Notes: a model not told the origin generated them from the sequence alone. A stretch of 64,000 bases of DNA from Carcharhinus amblyrhynchos (GCA_965287045.1 OZ336889.1:44392001-44456000); one strand, 5' to 3'; positions 23,695 through 38,089 are shown, counted from the first letter of the stretch. Program-made: numbers and translations.

Positions 23695-26440
23695 ATTTTT
23701 TAATGGGATGTGGGCATCGCTGGTTCGACCAGCATTAATTCCTCACCTCGAATTACCCTCGAGATGATGGTGCTGAACTGCTTTGTTGAATTAGCGCAGT
23801 CCCTGTGGTCTAAGTAAGCAATATATCCCCAGGTCAGATTGCGAATGAGTTGGAGGAGAGCGCTAAAGTGATAGTGTTCCCATGTGTCTACTGCCTTTGT
23901 CCTTCTGGACGGTAGAGGTGTGATTTTGTAAGATGTTGCCCATGGATGTTGGATGGGTTTTTGCAGAGCATCATGCCGATGATACCAACTGCTGCCACTG
24001 TTCATCGTGACGGAGGCAGTTTGTCGAACAGGTGCCAGTCAAGATTTGTCGTGTATAGTGTGAGCTTCTAGAAAGTTACAGAAGCTGCACTCTCCTGGCT
24101 AGTGCAAATATTCCATCACACTCCTGACTTGTGCCTCGCAGATGGTGGACAGGTTTGGCGAGTAAGGAAGTGAGACACATGCCACAGGGTTCATGAATTC
24201 TGACCTGCTCTTGTAGCCACCATATTTAAATATCAAGACCAGTTCAGTTTCTGGTCAATGGTCGGCCTTAGGAAGTCGATAGTGACGGCATTACCGTTGA
24301 ATGTCAAGGGATAATGATTAGTTGTTGGAGATGGTCATTTCTTGGCACTACTTTGTCCCGAAGGATACTTGCCACTTGCCAACTCAAGCTTGGATATTGC
24401 CCTGGACTTACTGAATTTGGGCATGGACGGGTTTCAGTCTCTGAGGATGCGGGATGGTATTGTACGGCATGTGATCATCCCTATTGCTGGCATTATGATG
24501 CAAGGAACGTTACTGATAGAGCAGCTGAAGATAGTTGGGCCGAGGATACCATCTTGAGAAACTCCGAGGATTCCATCTTGAGAAGTGTGCAAATTAGAGG
24601 ATTGAACTCTAACCACAGCAAGACTCTTCCTCTGTGCCAGGTATGACTGCAGCTAGCGTAGAATTTTCCCTCTGAATCTCATTGACTCCATTATTCGTCG
24701 AGCTCCTTAATTCCACCCGTGCTGCTTCGACGTCAAAGGCAGTCACTTCACATCTGACATTCAATTACTCTTGTCCATGTTTGACCCAAGGCTGTAATGA
24801 AGTCAGGCGCTGACTGAGTAACGCGATCCAAACTATGTGTCAGTGAGTAGGTTCCTGCTAAATTCCTGCCGTTTGATTGCGCTGTTAATGACCCCTTCCA
24901 TCAACTTGCTGATGATCTGGAGTGGCCTGACGGCTGATGAATAAGGTTGGAGATGCCCTTCTTTTTGCATAGAGGACATAACTGGGCAATTTTCTGCAAT
25001 GACGGGTAGATGCCAATGTTGTAGATGCACTGAAACAAACTGAGTGGCGGGGCCGCATGGTTTGGAGCAGAAGTCTTCAGGACTGTGGACAGAATATTGT
25101 TAGGGCCCAAAGCCTTTGCAATTTCCAACGCGATTGGACATTTCTTGGTATCACGTGGAGTGAATTGAATTGGCTGAAGCTTGACATCCGCGATGTTGAC
25201 CATTTCTTTAGAAGGCCAAGATGGATCATTCACTTCGCACATGTGGCAAAAGATTGTTGCGAAGGCTTTAGCCTTATCTTTTTCACTGATCATTGAGGAT
25301 GTGCACATTTGTGATGTCTTCTCCTCCAGTGAGTTGTTTAATTATCCAATACCATTCACAATGGGATATTCCTGGTAAAGAGAGTTCCACAAGCTTATGT
25401 CTCCCACGGAAAATGAAATTCTCTTTATCTCCATTTCAACTGGAAAACCTCCTAATTTAGTTCATGTCCCCTCCTTCTAGTCTCCTTGGAGGGGAGGCAC
25501 TTCCTCAGCATTCACCATCTCAACTTCCCTCAGGATAGTAGATGTTTCGGCAGGATCACCTCGAATTCTTCTAGATTCTAATGGGTACGAGACCCAGCTG
25601 TCCAATCGTTCCCTATATGATATCCCTTTCATCTGATGGGCAAACCTTTCTCCGAATGTTGCAGGTGCTATTGTATCCATTCTGAGGTACGCGGGCTAAG
25701 AGGAAAGTACTTTAGATGTGCTCGCGACAAAGCACGACAAATTTGTAGCGAATCTTCCCTACTTTTATATTCCATTCCACTTGCAATAGGTGACAACATT
25801 GCATTTGCTTTCCTAATCACTTACAGCTTCATGCTCAAGTTTTGTGAATCACGTTCCAGGGCACCCAGATCCCGCAGTGCTGCAGACCTTTGCACTCTCA
25901 TCTACGTGTGAATAATTTGCTGCTTTCCATTCTTCCTGTCAAAGTGGACCAATTCGCATTTCACCACATTGTACTCCACCTGTTTCTTTTTACCACTCAC
26001 GTAGCCTATCTCAATCCCTTTCTATGCCAATTATGATAACTTCACAATTTTCTTTCCCTCCTGTACTAAAGTCGTGAGAAAAAGTTGCAATCAATCCGTC
26101 CCATCATTCATGTCATTTCTATAAATTGCTAATAGTTGAGCCTCCAGATGTAATCCTCCGACACACCGCCCACTCCCCCCTCAACAGAAAAATGGCTCAG
26201 TTACCCCACCTCTCATTTCGCATAATGGATTTTTCGACGTTCCTTTTCCAGAGTAACCACACTTATTTTAGTGAGCATTTTCCTTTTTAAACGCATGTTG
26301 ATACTCTTACATTCTTTTAATATATCCAGCTAACATTCTCTCATACTCTAAGTTCTCCTTTGTCATTACTTTATTTGTCAATCTTTGTCGGTTTTTATAT
26401 TCTTCCCAATCTTTAGCTCTGCCACTAATCGCAAACTTTT
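23695..26440 (-). mobile_element. L2/CR1 relics, unit 2
   Basis: Paralogue of 5405-8770 with an internal deletion. Confidence 0.75.
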
Positions 26441-28124
26441 ACTCTTTTGCTTCCACTCGGGCTCAATCATTGGAGATGTTGGGACTTTAACATCTCCATG
26501 AAGTAGGCCCGCTTTCTGTCTGTTATTTCAGCTGCATACCGTCTTCAGTCAACTTTAACCTGTATTCCTGGCCCTATGCCAATCATTTTCCGATTCGACT
26601 CACAGGCCATGAGGGTGGTTCCTCTCTCGCTGCTCCTGTCTTGTTGTATTTAACTGAACTAGTGTCTGTCTCCCTTCCTCTCTCCACTCTGCAGATGTCA
26701 ACTCTGTGCATTCCACCCACAGGCAAGGCCTTAAACCTCTCAATCTCTGGGTACTGACTGCACTGCATGACGTGGACCTGAGACATATCGTTTCAGTAAA
26801 TGCCCTGCGATCTTTTTCAGCCTAACAACTTTAATGATCTGTTCCTGATCCCCCTGCCTGACCGCCGCATGGAAATTTTCCCACTAATGGAAAAATTTTA
26901 ATATTCCTTCTCCACTCTTCATTCTGTCGACACGGGGGGTCAGTAAAATTCCAACAACCGAGTCCAAATGCAAGCAAATATGTTTACCCTTTTATCTTTG
27001 TTAGACCCCAGATACAGTATTAGTCCAATTCTTGACAATGTTCTTCCAAAGTATTTCAGAGCTTTGGAGAGTGTGGAGGAAGGTGTATTAGCATGTTTCC
27101 AGGATAAAAGTCCTCAGTTAGATGTAAGGACGAGAAACGTGGAGTTGTTCTCCTTAGAGCCGCACAGTAGATTTGATAAAGATGTTCTTAAAGGTGTTGG
27201 ATAAAGAAAGTAGGAGCTGCTTCAAATGTCGGGAAGTTTGATCACCAGAAGGCAAACATCTGAAATAACCTGTGAACAGCAACAGGAACAGAAGAGGGCT
27301 GGTGGTGGGTAAATATGTTCCGACTCTTAATGATCTGGAGACAACTGGATCAAGGGCTATTGGAAGAGGATTTAACAATCCCTGTCAAAAAGGTGGAAAA
27401 TATGTGGAAGGCTGGAGTAAGATCAAGACAGAAATTCCAGTTCTATCGCTCCTTTACAGAACCGACATGGATGCGATGGGCTGATTGCCCTCTTTCTGTG
27501 ATCAACCTTCTCGAATTCTTTATACTGACACAACTGCCTCTGCACCGCGATCGGCAGCTCTCCAGGCGAAGGAATCAATTCATTTCTTCTCGTTCTCCTC
27601 TGTGCGCCTCAGCTGCATAACCAAAATGTTACTTCTCACAATTGTTCAAGGACACACGGGGTGAAGGTGTGTGACAAGCTAATGTTATCAACATTGAAAG
27701 GGCTTGCCAGATTTTGTTTAATTTTTCAAATGAGGGAGCAATAGGACATTGTTCGATGGCTTCTGCAATACTGTCGTGCGGCGGGAGGAGAGGGTGGTGT
27801 TGAGGGGGAGGGTCACCGGTCATCAGAAATCTGATTTTAAAAACTGCTATTTTCAGCTCATTCCGACGTCGGCAAATGCATTGACATTCTCAAACTCATT
27901 GTTTCCTATGACAGCAAATATGCCCCTCAAATCAAACAACGAAAGTCATGCGAAAGCTCTGTTTCCGAGAGCATTTCACTTTGCCAAGGCTTAACTCACT
28001 GTGTATGCCCTGGGTTTCCAACACTTGAATAAAGCTGAGTGGGCAGTCTTGGCACTTAATCACATTCTAGGTAGGTAATAAAATGTTCTTCGGGACTTGT
28101 CTATCATTCACTCACTTAGCATAG

Positions 28125-28254
28125 CCATCTATATATGTATCTATCTACCTATCTGACTATCTATCTCCATCCCTGTCTATCTATCTGTCTGCCTGTCCAT
28201 CTATCCATCCATTCATCTATCTATCTACCTGTCATCCATCTATCTGTTTCTCTG

Positions 28255-28304
<50 letters not shown>

Positions 28305-28308
28305 CATC
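28125..28308. repeat. (TATC)n microsatellite
   Basis: Read directly. Confidence 0.95.
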
Positions 28309-28673
28309 AATCGCGAAAAGCCAATAAGGAGCGTGGGCTTACGCCTCTCTGTGTGCACATGAAATCTCAACTCACAGTTTTCGTCTTTAATTTATTCACC
28401 AAGGACGTTACGCCTATTAAACAGCTCACTGCCCGCAACATTTATTTATTGTAATCTGCAGTTTCCAGAGATCAAGCCACGATTCATTTAATCTTTTTTA
28501 TGTTTCACCGCACCGTTTGTTTTTTTTTGGTGGGGGGAGGGATGTTGGGTATTGAGCCATTTTACATGCTGTTCTGTGCCTCGGGAGATTTATATTTCTT
28601 CGTTTCCAAAATGGCTGGCATGCTCATTCTGCAAATATCAGACAATACCGAAATGGAGATCTTCGGCCTAATA

Positions 28674-28740
28674 TCACGTGACAGGAAATTTGCATATCTA
28701 ATTCATATTCATTCGCCTTGCGGTGTTTGAGTCTTTTTAA
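28674..28740 (+). promoter_or_regulatory. IgL promoter 2: CACGTG (28675-28680), octamer (28688-28695), TTTTTAA
   Basis: Same arrangement as promoter 1. Confidence 0.85.
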
Positions 28741-28814
28741 GGAGGTTGCAATGGACTCAGAAGCGCGTTCGTGTCAGGATTTATTTTCCTTCTTCCTGTC
28801 CCCAAACCTTCACC

Positions 28815-28863
28815 ATGACACAATCGATTGGAGTTCTCGCCGCACTGATGCTCTGTTTCCACA
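28815..28863 (+). CDS. Leader exon, gene 2 (MTQSIGVLAALMLCFH)
   Basis: caccATG ... A|gtaagt. Confidence 0.92.
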
Positions 28864-31800
28864 GTAAGTACGGGCGTCGGCCTGAAGTAATGCTCATTTT
28901 TTCACATTATCTGCTTTTGAGTTTGTGTTTTAACGAACATGAATTGTGAGCTATATTGAACATTTCACAGTGTGTGACTGACAATACTTTGCATTTCACC
29001 AGGTACAACTGCAGATCCTGTCCTGACCCAACCAGGATCCATTTCGTCCTCACCGGGAAAGACCGTCACCATCACTTGCACCATGTCCGGAGGCACCATT
29101 AGCAGCTACTACGCGAGCTGGTACTGGCAGAAACCCGACAGCGCCCCTGTGCTTGTTTGGTCCGAGTACTCTGGTCTGGCTTCGGGTATTCCGAATCGAT
29201 TCGCCGGGTCTGTGGACTCATCGAGTAACAAGATGCATTTAACCATCACCAACGTGCAATCGGAGGACGCTGCAGGTTATTACTGTGCTGCTGCTACGAG
29301 CAGCAGTCCATATAGAAGCATTTTCGGGAGTGGAACGAAGTTGAATCTGGGCAGTAAGTAAATCACTTAACTCTCCTCTAACATTTGTGATGCTTTCTAA
29401 ATGACAAAATGTACTTGGAAACGGTCGGATAGGTGGACTGAATTAGTGCAAACCAAAATGATTGCTCCTAAAATATTGTTATGGGGGATCTTTGATTCAG
29501 CAGGAAATGATATTGCAGTGATAGCTGGACTCAGAACTTCGGCGATTTTCTGGAGTGTGTGCTGTTATGTGATAGGGTAAAGGGGCATTTTAATTACGAG
29601 TGAAACTCATTTCACTGGAAGCTTAGGGTCTGATTTGCTGGGACTGTGCAGAATTTTGAACCATCTGATCCAGCCGGCAGTGCGAGGAGATGATTGAGAA
29701 TGCGGTTGCTAGGAAGATGGAGTGTTTCCCTTCGCTTAGCCAGTGTTAGGAGTGGAGTGCCCCAGCTGTATGAACACTGCGAGCGGAACTATAATTAGCA
29801 AGACGATAAACATTTCAAAAGTGAAAAAACAGACATGCAAATGAGCTAAATGGGGAAGTTTGTACAAGCTACAATCGGCCACCTAGTGTGGCCTATAATT
29901 CCATGATTGTATGAAGGGACACAGTGGTTCAGGTTCTTTCATACTCTGCCCCTGTAGTCTGGTTTCAAGGGTTAGAATTGCATTCAAAGCGTTCACATCA
30001 GGCTGTTTCATTCCATTTAAAGCAAGATTGCATTATGTCTGCGGAATGATACTGTGGGTGACTGGGTGCGACTCACTCCCACTGGTCCCCAAACTCACTG
30101 AAAACAGTTCAGTACAAGATTCTGAGCCTAATATTTTGCATTAATCCCGGGTGTGCAAAATAACAATATTGTTGCCGGAATTCCGCTAGTAATAATCGAC
30201 CCTGATTGTTACTGGATCACACAGTAACAAACATCAATGACGTGCCGAATATTTGCTTTCTTCGGAAATTACGGTTCATTTTCTTCCCATCCAATCAGTT
30301 GTTTTGGAATGTCTCGGAATAAGGTTGTCAGGTTTTTGAGTATTGTTGTGGACTCGTTCAGATTGTTGTTGGTTCTCTGAGTGTCAGTTCGTAGTAATAG
30401 AACAAAAGATGGAGATTACTGCCAATACTGATTCATGGGATGTGATCAGAAAGGTAACATTCATTTCACCACCCCCATCTCCCCCGCCAAACATCCACGG
30501 ATACAGTGACGGTGAGCCGCATTATCAAACCGATGTCGTCCATGTGTCATAGGTACACCGCAGAGCTGTTAGGAAGGGAGTTAAGAGGTTTTGGCCAGGC
30601 GACAGTGAAGGAAAGGCGGTACAGTTCTACTTTGGTATGCTGTGTGGCTTGTTGGGGATTTACCATTTGGTGTTGTAGCCGTGCATCTGGTGCCCGTGTG
30701 TTGGTCAAGTGGAAGACATGGCTGGTTTGGAAGCTGTTGTCGGAGTTCCGGCAGTGTGCCTTATAGATATCCAAACTGTAGCTCCTGTGCGTGAATGAGG
30801 GAGAAAAGCAATATAATACATTCGCAAAATCATAGAATGGTATATCTTTGGAAAATTCTTGCAATCTACTGGGCCAATCGTGTCTGCACTGGTTCACCAG
30901 GAACAATCTAACATTTATTCATTAGCCTTTAAATTACACATTCTATGTTCGTTTAAGTGTCCATTAATTTGCCAATAACAGCCTCTCCGGCAGTAGGTTC
31001 CACATCCCCTAAACCCTCTGGGTGAAACTATTCCCTTCCAATCCCCGCGAAACCTTCTACTTCTAACGACAAATCCAAGTCCTGTTCTTATCGACCCCTC
31101 AACCATTGGCAATACCGTTTTCCGATCCATTCTGCCCAAACACCTCAGCATATTATGCCTTCAAATGGATTTACTTTCAGCCTCGTCTGTTCCGAAGAAA
31201 AGGGACAATTCAATACTTACTTATAACTAAATATTCCATTCCAGCCGACATCCCTCTAGATCTCCCTGTACTCGTTCTCGTACAATTACATTTTTCCTAT
31301 GCATCTTTCCAGCAGTTTCAGCATAACCTCAAAGTTCTAACAATCTCTACCTCAGCTTATAAATGTAAATGCCTCCTATGCCTTCTTTACTACTGTATCC
31401 AGCTGCTCAGCCGCCTTCAGAATCTGTGGACCTGCGTTTTCTGTTCACTAATTTTCTCTACATTTCTCGGCATTTTCCCATCTGTACAGTGTACTCGCTT
31501 GTCTTGTTGGTCTTCCTCAAGTGCAGCTCCTCACACTTTTCGGCATTTAATTCCATTTGTCGCCGGTGCACTAATCTAACTAGTCCATTGTCTTCCTGAA
31601 TTATCCAGCTTTCTTGTTCGCAATCACACTGCCAAATTTGTATAATCGAACAACAATCATACAGGCACTCATTGATATACGGACCCTTTGTTCCGTGCCT
31701 CTGAGCCAATTTTGGATCCAACCTGTTCATTCCGTGTGTGAACTTAACAAGGGCCTTGCTAAAATCCATGTGGACTATATCAAAAATATTGCCATCATTC

Positions 31801-34009
31801 ACCGCTTCATGCTGCCTGCTCAAAAATACCAATTAACGCTATGGGGTGAGATTTTCCGGCAGCAAAGCCGTGATCTCTATATTTGATTATGCCGCGTTTA
31901 TTCCATTAGGTCTCCCTTCAGTGAGGTTAAGTTCACTGGCCTATACTTATGCCACCCGCCTTTCGCCCTTTGACAATTTCATCTCTCTTCCTGCCTCCGA
32001 GAGTCAAACCTGCTCCGGGCCCGATTGGAAAACTGTGGTCAGGGTCTCTTCCCTTCTCAATCTTACTTTCCCTTTTTTATTACTTGCTTCTTCAAGTCAT
32101 TTGTTTACTGGGCGATACTACGGTGAAATGAACCAGCATGAGGCAAAAAGGGACAAAATGCTTTTGAATATTTGAGTTGTTACTTTAAGAAATCAGATCT
32201 GGTGAAAATGCCGGTGTAAAAATAATTCACTTAAGTCCACTAAATAGAAGTCGATCTTCACACTTGCTCATCGGTGCAAACATTTGAGATGATCCAGCGA
32301 AACTCTCGGGGGCGCAGGAAGAAGATACCAGTTTTGAAATAAGTGGTTGCGGCATTTGTCTGCCGACTCAGTTTCAACATCCAAATTACATTCCAACAAA
32401 AATATAAGACCAATTTCTAGCTCCAAAGACAATTGATTTTTTACCGACAGCGACAAAACCCATATTGCTGTTGGAGCCGACATGATACCTCAATGTCAGG
32501 GCGAATTGTAAAAGGTTAGCCTGATACTTTTAGTTTGAAATGGATATTCATATTTGAACCCTTTCTTCGAAACCTTACAATATATTAACGTATTTACTGA
32601 GCGTTTCCCCATTGACTGTGATAGATGGTAACTTAAGCGGTAAATGGTCACTTAAAGAGACAAGATTCTGATACAACGCCCTTTCAGCTTTGCGAATATC
32701 GACTAATGTCAAAGGAACGAAAATGCAAATCTGCATTGACTTAGCGCCGACCACGGCCTCAGAACATCCTCACAATTAAGTGTGAAGTAGAATCATTCTT
32801 CCAATGTCAGAATCATGGCTCCCTACCTAAGCACATAAAGATCTCACAGTCCATCTGCTTTGACGACAAGGTGTGTGAGATAAATAATTATGAGGACATG
32901 TTTGATTTATTACTGGCCTTTTGAGGGTGTCATTAAGTTATGTTGTTATATATTAGAATTGTTTACAATATTTATTAGAAACTCTTCCTCTCAGCTACAA
33001 CAAATCGTTTGTGACACTCCACTCCGAAAAAATGTCTCCAAACATTTCCATTGCGACCGGGAGATATTTGTTAAGATTTACGCTGCATCGTCGCTGTTGG
33101 TCTGGGCGGGACACGGTGTAAAGCCGTAGCAAAGAATGTTCACAAACCCAAATATCAGTCCAGTATGTAGGACTTGCGTCAGAGAAGTAACTGGTGACAG
33201 AAGCAAACAATCGATTCCATTGTTTAGAATCGAGGTTTTGGAGTTGCAAACTCCAGAAATGTAGCCGTCAGCATAGGTTCCAATATTGACTCCAAATTCT
33301 GAGTGATTAGTGTTATTCTGAAATTCTCGGTGTTCGCGATATTGGCTCGGACTGCGTTGCCTCAGATCACAAGTGGATGTATTGAAACTCCCTTCCTATT
33401 TTTCTCTTTAATATTTCAAACTCCACTATTTCCTTTAGATCAGATTTTATTTGTATGTTCCTGTCCTTTCAGGGAAAAAAGAATAACCTTCTCAGGTTGT
33501 ACATGTTCTAGAAACAGAGTCCCGGCCTTTTTGCATTTGGCATCAATAAGACTCCAATGTATAAAATCTATACATTCTTGTAGAATAATACCGACTTAAA
33601 AAAAAAAATTTGAAGCAGGTGGAACAATGACTCAGTCATTTATGCTGATTTTTAATGGATGTGCGATCCTTGTCTCTACTTTCCAGGTCCACGGAGCCCC
33701 ACTGTGTCTCTCCTTCCGCCTTCATCGGATCAAATCACAGCGAAGAACATGGCGACCCTGGTGTGTTTGGTGAGCGGTTTTAACCCGGGAGCTGCGGAGA
33801 TTGAATGGACTGTCGATGGCAGCGTCAGAGGGAATGGGGTTGAGACCAGTCGGATCCAGCAGGAGGCGGACAACACGTTCAGTGTGAGCAGTTATCTGAC
33901 TCTGTCAGCCTCAGAGTGGAACTCACACGAGCTTTACTCCTGTGTGGTTAAACACGAGACTCAAGCAAACCCGCTTCGAACAAGCATCTCCAGATCCAGC
34001 TGTATGTGA
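28815..34009 (+). CDS. IGL: Ig lambda-type light chain gene 2, germline-joined; join(28815..28863,29003..29353,33687..34009), 240 aa
   Basis: Same exon structure, 723 nt open frame. Confidence 0.95.
29003..29353 (+). CDS. Fused VJ exon, gene 2 (CDR3 AAATSSSPYRSI)
   Basis: ORF 29083..29361 covers most of it; intact splice sites; YYC...FGSGTKL in frame. Confidence 0.95.
29760..29860 (+). promoter_or_regulatory. Candidate J-C intronic enhancer, gene 2 (octamer 29835-29842, GGGGAAGT)
   Basis: Paralogue of 12340-12440. Confidence 0.5.
30890..31890 (-). mobile_element. Intronic CR1 relic, gene 2
   Basis: Paralogue of 13470-14470. Confidence 0.7.
33687..34009 (+). CDS. Light-chain constant exon, gene 2
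   Basis: C1-set domain ending SSCM. Confidence 0.96.
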
Positions 34010-34062
34010 TACATGCATCGAAAGCGTTTTTGTATTTTGCCGTTAGTAAAGTTTTATTTCGA

Positions 34063-34209
34063 AATAAATTCGGCAAATAGTGGAACATTTCAAACAGTTC
34101 ATCACAGTTTGTAGCAGATCGGCTGATTCCCTTAATTTCAATTTAACTGTGTTCACTCTGAATGGATCAAAGCTTCAGTGTAATGTCATTGATACCGCTG
34201 TGTAATAAA
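34063..34209 (+). terminator. Two AATAAA signals, gene 2 (34063-34068, 34204-34209)
   Basis: Positional paralogues of those in gene 1. Confidence 0.7.
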
Positions 34210-35514
34210 ATCATTATCCCGTTATCGCGTCTCATGTTCTGTTATTCTCTCTCTTCCCCTTAAAAACAATTAATGACAACATTCTAAAAGGAATTAAATA
34301 GTGAGATTATATCATTGTGATATTCTGCACATTTTATTTAAAGTCAGTGACATCCAGGCGCAACAAGGAGACGGTCGATGACATTAAATTGAAGTAATAT
34401 TGCAATTTTTTTAAATGGACTGAGTTACATTCTGGTATTGTGATGAAAGGGCAGAACTGCGAGTACAGATTACAAAAATACATTAAAGGGCAGACAGTTC
34501 TTAACCTCCTGGTTCCAAAAATTCAGGGCAAACTCTGTCACTGCCTCATTTCTTAATACACCAGATGCAATGCAAGTTCTGGTAGTGCCAGTCATTTTTT
34601 AGTAAGCTGACCGATTATTTTAATAGGACTATAATGATTATACTGAAGCAGGCGCTTTACTAACAAGTCACCCAAATGCATTTTCAGTGACTCAAACCAG
34701 TTCAGGACCAAGTTTGCTATTTTTTACTCCTTCATCTTAATACGAATAACAAAGCCGATAGGACGCCCCTTTGATACATCGTTGTTTTACTTCTTAGTTA
34801 GATTTGGGCTTGCAAGACATAAATTGTTAAAAGTAGCAAGAAGTTGCGCAGTTGGTGAAAAGTGCAAAAAAATGGTGCCGGCGTACTTACACAAGAACAA
34901 ACCAAAACATTCGTGGATTTATTAGACCTTTACAGAATTGTACTCATCTATGGTCTACATGCTTCAAAAATGATCTTGTAGGATATGAGAAAGTGGAGAA
35001 ACTATTTGCCAGATTTTTACTAGAATTGGGACTATGTACCTATCAGGGAAATGAATATGTTGGGCTGGTTTCGCTGAGGAGAGGATGCGGAGGTGTAATA
35101 GGCGGCTTTAATGTTAGGAAAAGATGTGTTAAGGTAACACAGAGAAAGATTTTCAACTGTGAGTTAGTCTGAAACAGTGAGACGTAAAAGAGATGCAGCG
35201 ACAGAACGAATAAATAATTTCTTTGAATGTATAGGTCGGGAATTTGGTGTGGGCAGGAGAGAGAAAGTACAAGGTTTTGTTCTCTGATTGGCTGAGTACA
35301 ACAATATAGATTCCTGAGGATCATTTATCACATCATAGAAACCCTACAGCTCAGAAAGAGGCCATTCCGCCCATCGAGTCTGCACCAACCGCAATCCCAC
35401 CAAGGCCCTACCCCTATATCCCTACATATTTTACCCACTAGTCCCTCTAACCTACCCATCCCAGGACACTAAGAGGCAATTTTAAGCATGGCCAATCAAC
35501 CTAACTCGCATTGG

Positions 35515-36090
35515 GTTTAAAAAGGGGCAAGTCACGTTGCGGCTGTATAGAACCTTAGTTCGGCCACACTTGAAATATAGTGTTCAAATCCGGTCGCCAC
35601 ACTACCAGAAGGACATGGAGGATTTGGAGAGGATACAAAAAAGTTCCCAGGATGTTGCCTGGTATGGAGGGCATCGGCTATGCGGAGTGCTTGGAGAAAC
35701 GTGGCTTGTTCTCACTGGAAAGACGGAGGTTGAGGGGTGAACTGACAGAAGAGTATGAGAGGCACGGACAGCGCGGATAATTAGATGCCTTTTCCCAGGG
35801 TGGAAGAGTCAATTACTAGAGGACACATGTTTAAGATTCGACGGGCAAGGTTTAAAGGAGATGTACGAGGCAGAATTTTCACGCAGAGGGTGATGGGTGC
35901 CTGGAACTCGTTGCTCCGGGAGTTAGTGGAAGCAGATACGATAGCGGCTTTTAAGGAGCGTCTTGTCAAACACATGGATAGAACGGGATTAGAGGGATAT
36001 GGTCCCTGGAAGGGTAGGGGGTTTTAGATAAGTCGAGTAGCATGGTCGCTGCAGGCTTGGAGGGCCGAAGGACTGTTCCTATGCTGCAAT
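35515..36090 (+). mobile_element. CR1 3' end, unit 3
   Basis: Paralogue of 412-985. Confidence 0.8.
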
Positions 36091-38089
36091 TTCCTTTGTT
36101 CTTTGCTCCAATAATATAATCCAGAAAAAATAGAGCATACACTTTTCTTAGAGTGAAGCTATTTTGGAGTGAAATAGAGAAACACTGCTTCGCATGCATC
36201 AGAGTTGACTCGGATGTTTTCCTCATATATCCCCTCATTTCGGTCACAACTCATTTTCTCCATTAGACCCGTGTTGACCATGTTTCCACTAAATTACTGA
36301 CCATCGAACTTTGTTTTTTTGCCCCCACTTTCGGTGATGTCACGAACTGCTATCTCTCCTCAGATACTGTTCTTACTTTCGATTACAGTCAAACTTCTCC
36401 TTGAAACCAGACTTGTTCCTCTTTCCTTGTAAGCTTCTACCGATGTTCAGTTAACATTTCCTCTCTAAACTACTTGAAGATATTTCCAACCCCAAATCCA
36501 TAATATTGTTCCAACAATTCCAGCATTGAATCCCCACAATCGCGTTTCTGCTTCTGCCACAATACTGATATGTCCCTTATCAAAGTTACATTCTATTCAA
36601 CTGTAACGATAGCAAACTGTTACTGTCAGTTTTCAGTTTTCAAGTTTTTTTTCGCAGTTTCTTTATTATTGTCACAAGTAGACTTACAGCTATCGGTTGA
36701 AATCCAAACTGCAATTAGTGCAATGAAGTTACTGTGAAAATTTCCTAGTTGCCACACCCCGGCACCTGGACGGGTACAATGAGAGAGAATTTAGCATCGC
36801 CAAAGCACCTAATCAGCCCATCTTTCGGACTGTGGGAGGCAACGGAGCACCCACACAGACACTGGAAGAACGTGTAGACTGTGCACAGACTGTGACCCAA
36901 GCCGGAAAGTGAAACCAGGTTCATGGCGATGTGAGGCAGCAGTGCTAACCACTGTGCGGCCCTACTGCTCATACTTTTTGGATTGGCGTTGGTCCTTGAC
37001 ACGATTCTACACACGGTCCAACAGTTCTCCATTGCTAATCAGTTCCTTGGGCCTATTCACATGATCTGGTTCCATTATTATTTATCAGATAATATCCACA
37101 GATTTGTCTGCAATGGCTTCTCTTCCTGCTCCCATGCCACCAACTCAACAATATGGGAAGTGAGGAAGTGAGTTGGCGGAGCAGACAAACCGACTCTCCC
37201 AAAGACCCTGCCCTTGCAACTGGAGGCTCCAGCCCGATGTTTGCCCTGGCTGTGAAATCCAGATTAGAGTCAGGATCAGTGGACAATTGTTTAGGATAGA
37301 ACAAAGAGAAGTGACGATGGCCTGTTAATCCAAGGCATTCTCTCGCCAAAATCTTTCAATTGTTCCTCGCTTCACATGTAATTTCTATTGACATTTAGAA
37401 GAGACTTCCGAATCTTTTCCGTCATCATTTAAACTTTCGCATTCCTGATCACAAAAACTGGCTTTGTAACTTTATGTTCCCAGCTAAAGGAAAAGATGTG
37501 TACACAGAATGGATAAACAGCTGGTTCCCTCCAAAGGGAAACACAATTGAAAACTAACTTCGGAACATTATATTGAGCTCAGTTCCCAAACATTTCACAG
37601 AAGAATAGAACACAAAAATGCTACTGACCCAGTGTGCTCTTTGAAAGATCTATCCATGGAACCGCGCTCCAGAGCTCGATCAGCATTTCATGCAGACATC
37701 GGTGTCATTAATCTATCCGATCTTCATCCTGAAGTTAGAATTGGATCGGTTTCCTGTGCTCTTCCAGAGAAATTCAGATCAACAAAACTCATTGCATATA
37801 TTTTCATCTGGCGCCTTTGGAGACGCAATTTTCACTCTGTTTCTGTCTGCACAGATGCTTCCAGACCAGTTGAATGCTTCCCCGAATACTCTGGGGTTTT
37901 TAGTTACTTTGGCACTGTGGCACAGTGCTTAGCATTGCTAATTCTCCCTCAGTGTACCCAGACAGGTGCCGGAGTGTAGCAACTAGGGGATTTGACAATA
38001 ATTTTATTGCGGTGTTAATGTGCGACTACTCGTGACACTAATACATCAATTTCAAATTGTAAAGTTAAACGATAAAAAAACGTTCAACG

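Larger units (their letters stand above)
17628..35098 (+). repeat. Tandem duplication unit 2 (~17.5 kb)
   Basis: Collinear with unit 1, with scattered substitutions and several indels. Confidence 0.95.
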
